Positions 23,901-36,000 of a DNA stretch of 64,000 bases are shown here, piece after piece. Position numbers and translations under genes: made by a program. Below the pieces are notes generated by a model that was given only the letters and a program-made list of their open reading frames with translations, was not told the DNA's origin and searched no databases. The stretch lies in the NCBI RefSeq assembly GCF_024521635.1, contig NW_026250430.1:124001-188000 (forward strand). Direction: 5' to 3'. This stretch comes from Tricharina praecox (lineage: Eukaryota). Position 1 is the stretch's first letter. The number at the start of each line of letters is the position of its first letter.

Positions 23901-24366
23901 CTACCTAGTGCCTGTCGGCTTCCAGAACATGCGGGATGGCGTCACCTTATCGGCACGGCCGGTCTTGAACACCTTCACCAGGAAATATTTTGTATGGATA
24001 GAGAGTTGACCGTCAACGGTAACCAGTCATGCCTCTGGTAGAAAGCCTGGGAAGGAGCCTGGAAAGAAGCCTGTCATGTTGTTGTTTGCCGGAGAAGGAT
24101 AGTTCAACTTCCATCTCACCGTTGTTCGATATCCCCAGCACACAGCCGCGTAGGAAGAACACAAAGCGATCCTCATTTCCCAGCAGCGACAAACTACAAT
24201 ACAAGTCTAGAATAGCAACATACTAAAATACTAACCACAGCCCCGCATCCCACGCCCCACGCTCTCAAGCCTCAGGCGGGGAGGGATAACCCAGGTATCA
24301 ATCGCGCACAAGCTCCAAGTCTACAACAACAAACCACTACAGCCCAACCCCATATGTACCTACGTC

Positions 24367-26709
24367 TCAACCTCTCACATTCCGCCCCTCAATAGCGCCA
24401 TACCCCGCCCCCGCCACCGCCACCGCCACCGCATCGACAACGAGCACATCTTCTTCACCGACTACCACCGGTACGACCCGCTCGTCGTCCCTCGAGTGAT
24501 CCCCCATCCCCCCCTTATCCGAAATCAGCAGCATCTGGAACGCCGAGATGAAGCCGATCGCCGAGAGCACTAGCCACGGAAATATCAGGTACCCCGATTT
24601 CTGGCCCTGGCTGAAGAGGATTCCGCCGATCTGTGGGATACGTTAGTATAATTGGTGGGATAGGATGGGATAGGATGAGATGGGAGAAAGCAATGGAGGA
24701 ATTGGGGAATAGGAGGAAATGGGGGAATTGGGAGGAGTTGGGACGAACCGCTGGACCGACTGCGCGCCCGAGGGCGCCGACCGCTACAGCTACGCCGTTG
24801 AGTGTACTAGATTCGTTAGCATCGGCACGACGAACGGGTTGAATAGGGGTTGGGGGGGTTTCATGTCCCATACCCGAGTACGCGCAAGGAGGGAGAGCTA
24901 TTCGTGAGGAGTATGGTGGAGCACGGAAATGCGAAGGTGACCGAGATAGATTTAAGGAACATGAGGGCGAATAACGCAGGCAGCTTCATGGACTGCGGCA
25001 GAATAAGGACGAAGGGCAGGGCGCCGTAGACAACCGGCAGTATGAATGCCACGATTCGCAGACAAATACGGCTGCCGAGTAGGTTTGCTACGGGAGGGAA
25101 GATGAAAAACTGCAGCAACATGTCAGTATGGTACCTAGTTGGATGAGTAACCGAACCGCCGACTTACCTGCATAAGCATGCCGATTATACCGTAGGCACT
25201 AAATATCTTGCCGAGTTCCGCAGGCGCGAGGCCGAAGCCTCCAGCGAACTTGAACGGAAGCTGCCATTTCGACGAATCCTGCGGAGGATAGGACATGAAG
25301 ACCGGAAGCAACTGATCGTAAGTGATCGAATGAAGCGCAAGAAACGAATAATAGATAATGTTCATCGTCGACTGGAATGTGAACGCCGCACTCATGGGCA
25401 ACCGAGGCAGTTTCACGACTGGCGGCAGCGCCTCCTCATCATCCGTCCCGGAATCGGACAGCAGTGAGGTATTTTCATCGGTAATGTCCTTTCGGGATTG
25501 ACGCCTACCACTGACGCACGCGGCCAGCTTCTTGCCGGCTTCGCGGCCCGGATCCCTTTGGTCCTTCAGGTCCTCCAGTGTTTCCTACAAGAACACGGTC
25601 AGCACGTGCAAGCGGTATGGGCGGTCTCCGATGATTGTGCCTACGTCGAGGAAGAGGATGCCGATGGGCACCGAGAACAAAAAGACACAGGCACAGACTA
25701 TATTCGGCAAAGCGAAGGGAAATCGTTCGAAGAAGGCAGGTCTAGACCCATTGAACCATTCCGGGTGATTCTTCAGTGGGTCTGCCAAAAAGCCTCCAAT
25801 GACTGGGCCCATAATCGAGCTTCAATCGAGAAGGTCAGTTGAGTGAGCATGAGAGCCTGATTCCTGGGGATATACATACGCCACGTTCCACTAATAAGGA
25901 TGTCAGCAAAAGTGCCAAGAGAGCTGAGGCTCATTCAGCGGGAACTCACGACTAGCGGCATTATTGAAAATGCTCGCGGTTGAAGCTGTACAGCAAGGTC
26001 AGTTAGGATGTAGTCCGTGAAAGTGGGAGACACCGGTTTCCTTGCCGTCTTTTGCGGTACCATCTCGGCCACCATGGTACGCAGGATCCCAACATTCCCG
26101 TTCACCAGGCCGGCCAAGGCTCGTGCGAACATTGCGACTGCGAGACTCGTTGAAAATCCCTAGCCTTACCGTCAGCTTATCCGCCGCTTCTCCCCTCTGC
26201 CCCCCCCTCACCCCCTCGCTGTAGCGGAGGTGGCAGGGATCGGTGTGGATGTCCGTACGAATAATAGTAATGAAACGAGAGTTCCAGTCAGGCCGATGAG
26301 GATGACCGGTTTCCTTCCGATCCTATCGGAAAGCCGGCCCCACATGACGCCGGTGAAGAACTGGCAGAACGAGAAGCACGCAGCAGTGATACCGGCATAG
26401 TAGCCGACGTCTTCGGGGGGCACGCCGAACGATTTGACCATGTAGTACTGTATCTCAAGCGTGAGCTGAGTAGAACCCACGAAGCGTAGGTGGCGCACGT
26501 ACCAGATATGGGAATATCGACGTTAAGGCGATGGGCTCTGCGAAACGACATAACGCTGCGGACAAGCACGTGAATGTTAGCAGAGGTTGCTCAAAAAGAA
26601 AGCAACCACGCGGGTATTACAGCGTCGTACATAGGATGAAGAGTTGCTTGATGATGTACGGAGAAAACTTTGCCGGGCTCGAGCCCGTCGTCTTGCTGCT
26701 GTTGTCCAT
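24367..26709 (-). CDS. Major facilitator superfamily transporter (YCR023C/ZIF-like), many short introns
   Basis: Motifs include LCRFAEPIALTSIFPY, YYAGITAACFSFCQFFTGVMWGRLSDRIGRKPVIL (MFS motif A), ARALAGLVNGNVGILRTMVAE, QPRAFSIMPL, GPVIGGFLADP and FPCSTILLTNSSPSLRVLG. The start could be the upstream ATG at 26766. Confidence 0.9.
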
Positions 26710-28924
26710 GGTGTCGGTAGGACGTCTGGAGGGGTTGGAAGCTGATCGCAAGAGACGTGCTGGCATGGCGGCAGCAGGATCCCACACTGTTTTATGGTTG
26801 CGGATCAGATACCGCTGTGATGAAAGTCCGGGGGACAAACAAAGTAAAGTGTAGTCACGACTGGCCGGGATGGCTGGTTCGCGTGCGCCGCTTGCTGATC
26901 AATGCGCTCCAGAGTCCAGCGAGGCCGAAGAGTGTTCAGCCGTCTGCCCCTGCAGAAGTCGGATGCGGTTGCTGGTTGGAGCTGGGGAAGTTGAAGAAGG
27001 GCTCAGGACGGCTAGAGTAGGCAGAGTACTCTTTACCGGTAGGTAGAAGCAAAGTGCCCAGATGGAGCGTGCCGAGTGAACCGAATCGTGGCGGGGACAA
27101 ACTCCAGATGCAAATAGAGTCAGTACGTAGAAAGGTACTTGGTCATATTCTGCACAGCGTCTCATGGACGGGATCGAATACGGGCGGCCCCGAAGCCTTG
27201 CGCCTTCGCGTGGTATCGACATGCACATCAGCGCGTGACAGAGTGTAACCGAACAAGGGCGAAGTATTATCGCCAACTGCATGTGTATATCTTTCTATGT
27301 ATATAGCAATAAGTTCCGGCATATCGTGTGGCACAGGATACGCTTCGTGATAAAATCATAGATACCCGCCGCACCATCATAGACTGCCGGTGGTGGTGGT
27401 GGTGGTGGGCGGAGATGGATGTCTGTACGAGGACACCCACCCTCCAAGCATGCGTGGTGAGCCGAGAAAGGAAATCCTGCTGAGGCCCCCCCACCAATGG
27501 CGAAATCTGTCCGAGACCTCGGTTTGCCTCCTTCCCCGCAATAGGTACGAAGGGAGGGAAGCGACTTCACCAAGGTATTCTGCTGACACAGACACAGTTA
27601 GGATAAACCAGACCGTCAGGCAAGCCCGACAAACGACCACACTTCCCGCCATAGGTACGTTCTCTTGACCCAAGAGCTCCAACTCCCCAGCACCAAAGGC
27701 TAACCCGCCGCTACCGGGTCCCTGAGCTTCCCACGAACGCCGCTTGTTTTAGAATCCATAACGACAACGTGCCACGGCAGGCTGGTCGACAGTCCGGACT
27801 GGACATGTCTGCAAATCGGAGGAAAGACTTCGGCTTATTCGCCGAGCGAGCGAGCGAATCGTAGCAGGCCAGCAACCGAGCACAATACGCTATTCGCGGC
27901 CAAATCGAAATCGACTGGCAGGCTGAGCTCGGCGGAGGGGTGTGTTGTTTCGTTGTGAGGCAAGAGCCACCGAGGCCAGACGCTCGAACGTGGACATCCG
28001 GAGTAGCGTGTGTACAATACAACGGCCTGAGCTCGATCAACGTTTTGTCTCGTTGCGAAGCACAGAGACGGGATCGAGTTCCAAGCCCCGACGATAATCA
28101 CTCGCAATCGCGCCTGTTACATAGGATCGTGGATTCGTCGACATTTCGACAGGGCAAAAGTGCAAGTTTGGAATCCGCATTTCCAAGCATGTGTATGTAG
28201 CTCTAGCGCCAGGTTCTCGATAAACGAGACTTCTCCCCGGCTAAATGCATGACCGTGCACGTCTTGTCCTAGCCTCGTCGAGTTACCCTCCTGCCATGGA
28301 GCACACACATCTTCTCCTCATGGCTAAAGTCCCAAGCCTTATCAAGCCTCACACTCGTGGGACTGATTCGGCTCTCGGAAGGGCGGCGCTAACCTATCTA
28401 ACCAGACCAAGATGATGAAACGGTCGCGGAAGCAGCCGTCGTCGGCGGCTTGGCGATTCGTCCATGCTTGCACGGGTTTGGGTTACATCGCCTGTCCCGC
28501 TATGGCAGGGCGAGCATAGCAATTGGATGAAATCGCTATTATGTGACGGGCGAAGGTTTCGAATTTAGAGTTTACTTCATCCAGTTCCAGCCCAGGCCAT
28601 GCGTAAAGTGGACCTTAGGAGCTGTAGTATGGGATATGGATTGCAGTTGTATGTAGAAAAAAGTGCATCGTAACGGTGCAGGGGGCTTGGATCGGATTTC
28701 CCAAAATTTCGTCGTAGCGAGGCTGGAATGAAGCTAGAATGAGGCTGATGTTGTCCTAGCAACCATGGGAACACAAACTTCACTGTTGTTGCATGGACGC
28801 GGGGCCTGTGTCTGCAGGCCCAATGTTACACCCCATCGGACTCGTCACACACCAGATCACGTCTCCCCTACTCCGGCTCCTGTATGCGACGCGACAACTC
28901 CGACGTCTTTCCACGCAGACGACG

Positions 28925-31548
28925 ATGGCGACCACCCAATTCGCCTTTTCCTCGCCGCCACGATCCTCCCTCTCGTCGTCTCCACTACCATCGCCGGGTG
29001 CCGTGATACGACAGTTCTGCAGAGCGACAAATACGAAGACGAAGACCGAGCCCGACGTATACGACATCCCCGACGACGATGAGCCGCCGGTGGAAAAACC
29101 TCCTGCAAAATCGACGGCGACGGCGGAGCGGAAAGTTGCCGAGTTGGTCATCAAGAAGCCGCGCGCGCCGACCGTGAAGAAGAAGACTGCCAAAAAGACT
29201 GTCGATGATGGGACAAAGTCTAAATACTTCATGGAGTTGGAGGAGCCAGAGAAAGGAGAACCGCAGAAGCCGAAGCCGGCGCGTAGACTGGCTGTCAGAA
29301 AGAAGGCAACGATCGCCACCGCCACTGACTCCGTCGCCACCACCGCTGCTCCCCCAAAGGCGAGGAGAAAAAAGGTGGAGCCGAAGGACAAGGCGAAAAC
29401 CACTGTTGCGCCGGAGGCTCCCGTTATCGAAGCAGCACCCGCCCCCGAAACGACAACGATCGAATCGTCTCCTGTTCGTCGAAGAGTATGGACTCCACCT
29501 GTTGAGGATACGATTGTGATCTCATCCGGCATTGAGAAGGAGGGGGAACCTAAGCAGACTACGAGTTTCATCAAGATCGGCGACCTGGCGTACAAGCCCG
29601 CATCACCCCAGGAGGGAGCGGAGCCGGTACCGAATATTAAGACAGCAACTGGTGCTCCTGCTTCCCCTAGGAAGAGACGAATTGAGGTACATTTACAGAG
29701 CTGTTCGTTTGTCGCCCAAGCTGATTTGATACCCTTCTGCAGATGGTCGACCTCCCTAGCAAGCCGAAGGCCGCTCCCGAGGTCAAGAAGCCGAAGAAGA
29801 AAGCCGCGACCCTCACCGAGCGTGCCTCCGCACAGTACCGGAAGGATGTTCCGCCTCCCAGCTCTCAAATCACCGGTTACTTCTCCACCTCCAAGGCGGT
29901 TGTCGGTAACTCCATCAAGCCGAAGAATGCTTTGAAGCCCATCACTACGACCAAGAGAAAGCGGGGGGACGAACCCGAAACTGCCAACCTACTGAGCCCG
30001 ACGAGTGCTAGACAACGAATCGACAGCCAAGGCTTCGTCTTTGGAACATGTTCGCAGCTGGAGAACGAACAAATTGGGGCTGACGATGCATACCCATTGT
30101 CGCCATTACCAGAAAATTCAGCGGATACCATGCGCGATATTCCTTCATTCGATCCGACGATAGTGGGCGCAAGCTACGGTGGTGGCCTGTGGAACGCCGC
30201 TAAAAGAGATCAGGCCGGAGGATTGCTGAGGAATGAGGACCTTAATTTTGGACACATACAAGGCTCCCGCAGGACGACGCCGAGCGCCTCACCCCCGGCC
30301 ACTGATGAGGCCAGGAAACTGGATCAAGAACATGAACATGCCGAACCTGTGGTTCCTTCCCAGCCAAAATATGTGACGATTGATCTAACACTGTCGTCTT
30401 CACCCGTGCCGATACCGAAGACGACGGAAAGGCTACGTTCGATATCGCCTTCATCACCATTGTCACCCGTACGGCCATTGTCGTCCTTGTCACCACTGTT
30501 ATCACGAGGGCCAACCTCACCACGACGATCACTCTCTCCGACACACTCTATCGCATCATCAGTAGGGCTGGATTCTCTCACCGATCGCGCTTGGCGCAGC
30601 GTTACCAAATCCATATCGGAGCCGCTATTGTCACCCACTCTTCCCATCAGTCCGCCGTCGCCGGTGCGAACCCAAACACGCAGCTTCAGCACATCTTCCG
30701 CTCCGGCCGCGGGCGCGCGCCGCACCCCCACCCCCACGAAAGCCACTCGAGCGAAAGCCGTCAAAGCCGTGAAAGCCGCGAAAACCGTGAAAGCCACAAA
30801 AGCCGCCGCCGTCAAAACCGCCGTATCCAAAGCCCCCGCAACCAAAAAACCGCGAAAAGCGGCCTCCCCACCACCCGCGGCCCCGGAATGCCCTCCTCCA
30901 GAAGAACACCCAGGAATGCCCGACTTCAACTCATACCTTACCACCCGCCTCCGCTCCGAGCTGGCAAAGTTCGGCTTCAAAAAGATCGGTGCGAAAGCCG
31001 CCATGGTCACTTGCATGGAGAAATGCTGGCTGGCGCAGAATGCCGGTGCGCAGGCTCAGGCGGATGTGCAGGCGCAAGAAGAAGAAGAAGCTGTATCTCA
31101 ACCATCACCTCGTGCCCGCGCCGCCTCGCCAGCCACAGCCACAGCCAAGCGCACGCGCGCCCGGTCTACGAGCGCGAGCGCGAGCTTGAAGCCGCGGTCC
31201 CGCGCCTCCAAATCCCCCGAAGCAGCTGCCGCCAAGCGTACGCGCGGGGGGAAGAAGAAGCCCGCCGAGCGCACCCCGCAGGAGTCTTTGCAGCTGCACG
31301 GCAAGATTGCGGAGGCCGTGCGGACAAATGGAAATGTCGGCGATACCACAAGCTTCTACTTCCGCATACTGATGTATGACCCGATAATACTCGAAGAGCT
31401 ACTGGCGTGGCTTAATATGGTGGGGCTGAGGAGCGTGGGTGTACTGGAGGAGGTTGGGGCGGCGGATGTGAGGGCGTGGTGTGATAAGAATGGGGTTTGT
31501 CTTGCTAGTGAGGTGACGCAGAGGGGGAGGGAGAGGAAGAGGTTTTGA
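28925..31548 (+). CDS. SLX4: Structure-specific endonuclease subunit Slx4
   Basis: Contains LLSPTSA...FVFGTCSQL and GGGLWNAA, a SAP-like domain (MPDFNSYLTTRLRSELAKFGFK...MEKCW) and the C-terminal Slx1-binding domain (FYFRILMYDPIILEELLAWLN...VRAWCDKNGVC). One intron at ~29687-29742. Confidence 0.9.
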
Positions 31549-32266
31549 TTTGCATATATTTTGGTGCGCGGGGCGTTTGGTCGGTGTACGAGTGCGAGGG
31601 AGGATGGAGGAGGCGGATGGAGCACGCGCTTCTGAGCGATACTTGCTTGGTACTTGGGATAACTACATCATAGCTCTTAGATAGAACGTATGCTTTCTGT
31701 ATTCTACAATCAATTCTTTTCTTGGGGTGTTCCGAATAGCCTCTCAGACCCTCTCTCCGCCCCGTTATCGTACATGAGTAACTTTACATGGATAACTTTA
31801 CATGAGTACCTTCACCGCCATTGAGTTCCAAACAAGCCGTACAAGCTGTAATTTCACGTGGGAATCATGGCATCTTTCCTATTTCACCCAACTCTAAATT
31901 GAATTTGAAGCGCAATGGACCGTTATGGTTATGTAGAGTACGCCGTCCACGGTCTCATGCAGTAACTGAAGATTCTCACTCGCTCACGTATTCTCACTCT
32001 CACTCGTTGCTGTTTTCTTTTCTTTTCTTATATATACTAACTAATGAGGCGAGTAAGAATTTGCAGCAGCTGCTGTGTCCGTCTCAAACTCTCAGTGTGG
32101 AGAGGTGCAGGATCGTTAGCATGGTAGATATGGATGGTTCATGCTCAGATTGCTCAGGAGTCGGTGTGGGGGGAGGTGGAGGAGGTTGGCGCCGTTTCAG
32201 CCGCGAAGGTAGTGTCGATGAAGGCGATGGCAGCGACGGCTCTCCCTTGTGAGATTGCTGGTCTCC

Positions 32267-32668
32267 TCACTCATCGTCGACAGAAGGGCTTTGAGGTCCC
32301 TGATCTCCGGTTGCGTCGATCGTAGTTGCTGCTGATACGAGTTCTCTGGTGGTTTCTACTGAATCTTCGAGAACAGTGATAACGAGCCCGTGCTTGCGGC
32401 AGAAAATTGTCTGAAGCTTTTCGTACAGCAGGTAGATGTTTTCGGCAATGATCGGCGACGCGATGGATTCGTCGTAGCCAGGGACGGAACGATCGTCTTC
32501 CTCCATTGACTTTGAAGGTGGTGGACGGAAGGCGGTGCACTGGAGAGCCAGGTGCCCGAAACAACCGCAGTTGTAGCAGTTGCACTGCGAAATTATAAGA
32601 GGGTAGAAATGTCCCAGCGCAACTGCTACAACTAGAGTCGCCCCGAAAACGGAAACCTGGCTCGCCAT
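32267..32668 (-). CDS. Small protein with a single CCHC zinc knuckle, function unknown; gene model uncertain
   Basis: CYNCGCFGHLALQC matches C-x2-C-x4-H-x4-C. Start context is atcaATG. It is divergent from PRP8. A possible intron after MASQ (gtttcc...ttcgcag) is unverified. Confidence 0.45.
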   Translation of the reverse strand: MASQVSVFGATLVVAVALGHFYPLIISQCNCYNCGCFGHLALQCTAFRPPPSKSMEEDDRSVPGYDESIASPIIAENIYLLYEKLQTIFCRKHGLVITVLEDSVETTRELVSAATTIDATGDQGPQSPSVDDE

Positions 32669-33031
32669 TGATGTTGATGTTCTGACTTGCAGTGTGGGTG
32701 GGTGTTCGGAGTATAGAGCGAGTGAAGATGAATGAAGGTGGTTGAGTTGACAGCAAGATTACTGTTTCCACGCTAAGGAGTTCTTGGCGCCTCTCAGAAT
32801 CTCAACCCGTCGCGAGTGAATTCGCCGCCAACTTCATCCCAACCCCGTCCGTCTCTCCGTGACTAGTCCAACATCACTACACACAACCCGCCATCGCCGC
32901 ATATTCTCGAACACGAAAGCCGTCGAGGATTCTACTCCGTGCCCCCCCATCATCTCATCCGCATTGATTCCCGTTGATCGCAAGGACCCACCGAGAAACT
33001 CCCAGCTCTAGCCAAACGACACGCGACGACG

Positions 33032-36000
33032 ATGGCCTCGTTGCCTCCGCCGCCGCCCCCTGGATGGCAGGGCATGTCGACGCCCGGTGCTCCGCTACAT
33101 CCGCCGCCACCTGGATACAGACCACCGGCGGACCCGGCGCAGGCAAAGTTTGATCAGAAGAAGAAGGAGTGGCTGCGGGTTCAGAAGAATCGCTTCGGCG
33201 AGAAGCGCAAGAAGGGCTATGTCGACACCCAGAAGGTCGACATGCCGCCGGAGCATCTGCGGAAGATTGTAAGGGACATTGGTGATGTCAGTCAGAAGAA
33301 GTTCTCGGCTGACAAGAGAGCCTACCTTGGAGCACTCAAATTTATGGTGAGTAGTCTTTTCTTCCGCCCTCCCCGTGTGTTCTCTTGGAGCTATGCTGAC
33401 ATTTTTTGTTTTTACTTTTAGCCCCATGCAGTCTTGAAGCTATTGGAGAACATGCCCATGCCCTGGGAGAGTGCGCGAGAAGTCAAGGTGCTCTACCACG
33501 TGAACGGATGTTTGACGCTCGTGAATGAGATCCCGAGAGTCATCGAGCCAGTGTTTCATGCGCAATGGGCCACGATGTGGGTGTGCATGAGACGAGAAAA
33601 GTCGGATCGACGACACTTCAAGCGGATGCGGTTCCCTCCGTTCGATGACGAGGAGCCTCCGCTGTCGTGGAGCGAGAACATCGAGGACGTCGAGCCGCAA
33701 GAGCCCATCCAGATGGAGCTTGACGAGCAGGAGGATGCGGCAGTGATCGAGTGGTTCTATGACCACAGACCGCTGCTCGATACGCCGCACGTCAATGGCC
33801 CTTCGTACAAGAAGTGGAATCTCGACCTTCCGCAGATCGCCACGCTGTACCGTCTGTCCAACCAGCTCCTCTCCGACATCGTCGACAAAAACTACTTCTA
33901 CATGTTCGACCGTAATTCTTTTTTCACTGCTAAAGCCCTTAATGTCGCAATCCCTGGCGGACCGCGTTTCGAACCTCTCTACAAAGATGTTGACCCTAAC
34001 GACGAAGATTTTGGAGAGTTCAATGCGATTGATCGGATCATCTTCCGGTCGCCCATCAGGACCGAATACCGCGTGGCGTTCCCTTACCTGTACAACTCTC
34101 TCCCCAGATCAGTAGAGCTGTCGTGGTACCACTACCCTCAGATCTGCTACGTACGAACCGAGGACCCCGACCTGCCCGCGTTCTATTTCGACCCTATCAT
34201 CAACCCGATCTCGTCGCGCTCAGTGGCACCAAAGAACCTCACCATCTCCCACGAGGACGAGGTGTTTGGCTACGGAAACGATGAGGACGACTTTGAGCTG
34301 CCCGAGGAGATCGAGCCATTCATGGCCGACGAAGAGCTCTATAGCGACAACACTTCGCCCGCTATCGCCCTGTGGTGGGCACCTCATCCCTTCGACAAGC
34401 GGTCAGGCAGGACGGTCAGGGCCGAGGACGTGCCGCTGGTAAAGCAATGGTATCTCGAGCACTGTCCGACGGGCCAACCTGTGAAGGTTCGGGTGTCGTA
34501 CCAGAAGTTGCTCAAGACCTACGTTCTCAATTCCCTCCACACGAAAACCCAGAAGGCGCAGAATCGGCAGGATCTCTTCAGGACTCTCAAGGGAACCAAG
34601 TTCTTCCAGACCACGACTATCGATTGGGTTGAGGCGGGTCTGCAGGTGTGCCGACAAGGTTTCAATATGCTCAATCTTCTGATTCACCGGAAGAACTTGA
34701 CATATCTGCATCTCGATTACAATTTCAACCTCAAGCCCGTCAAGACGTTGACCACGAAGGAGCGGAAAAAGTCTCGTTTCGGAAATGCGTTCCATCTCAT
34801 GCGTGAGATTCTTCGTCTGACGAAGCTGATCGTCGATGCTCAAGTTCAGTACCGGTTGGGCAACATTGATGCCTTCCAGCTTGCCGACGGTATCCTCTAC
34901 GCTTTCAACCATGTCGGCCAGTTGACCGGTATGTACCGATACAAGTACAAGCTCATGCACCAGATCCGGGCGTGTAAGGATCTGAAGCATTTGATCTACT
35001 ACCGCTTCAACTCCGGACCGGTGGGCAAAGGACCCGGATGTGGTTTCTGGGCTCCGGCATGGCGGGTCTGGCTTTTCTTCATGAGGGGTATCTTGCCTCT
35101 GTTGGAGAGATGGTTGGGCAATCTGTTGGCGAGACAGTTCGAGGGCCGTCACAGCAAGGGTGTCGCGAAGACCGTCACCAAGCAGCGTGTCGAATCCCAT
35201 TTCGATCTTGAGCTTCGTGCGGCCGTCATCCACGACATCACGGATATGATGCCGGCGGGCATGAAGTCGAACAAAGTCAACACTGTCCTGCAGCATCTCA
35301 GTGAAGCGTGGCGGTGCTGGAAGAGTAACATTCCCTGGAAGGTTCCCGGACTGCCGGCGCCGATCGAGAATGTCATCTTGCGATACGTGAAGAGCAAGGC
35401 CGACTGGTGGGTCAGCGTGGCCCATTACAACCGAGAACGTATAAGACGCGGTGCTACGGTAGATAAGACGGTTGCGAAGAAGAACCTCGGACGGTTGACG
35501 CGATTGTGGCTCAAGGCGGAGCAGGAAAGGCAGCACAACTACATGAAGGACGGACCATACGTCTCTTCGGAGGAGGCCGTCGCTATCTACACCGCCGCCG
35601 TGCACTGGTTGGAGTCCCGAAAGTTCTCGCCGATTCCGTTCCCCAGCGTTTCTTATAAGCACGACACCAAGATATTGATTCTGGCTTTGGAGCGCTTGAG
35701 GGAGGCTTACTCGGTCAAGGGCAGGCTTAACCAGAGTCAGCGTGAGGAGCTGGCTTTGATCGAGCAAGCTTACGACTCGCCCGGAACTACCCTCACCCGG
35801 ATCAAGACTGCGCTTCTGACCCGCCGAGCGTTCAAGGAGGTCGGCATCGATATGAACGACAACTACAGTACCATCAACCCCGTGTACGATGTCGAGCCTA
35901 TCGAGAAGATCACCGATGCTTACCTGGATGCCTACCTCTGGTATCAAGCGGACCAGCGCCATCTCTTCCCCGCCTGGATCAAGCCTTCCGATTCCGAGGT

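Noticed and set aside
28780..31379. Alternative-frame and antisense ORFs over SLX4
   Set aside because: They are by-products of GC-rich, low-complexity coding sequence.
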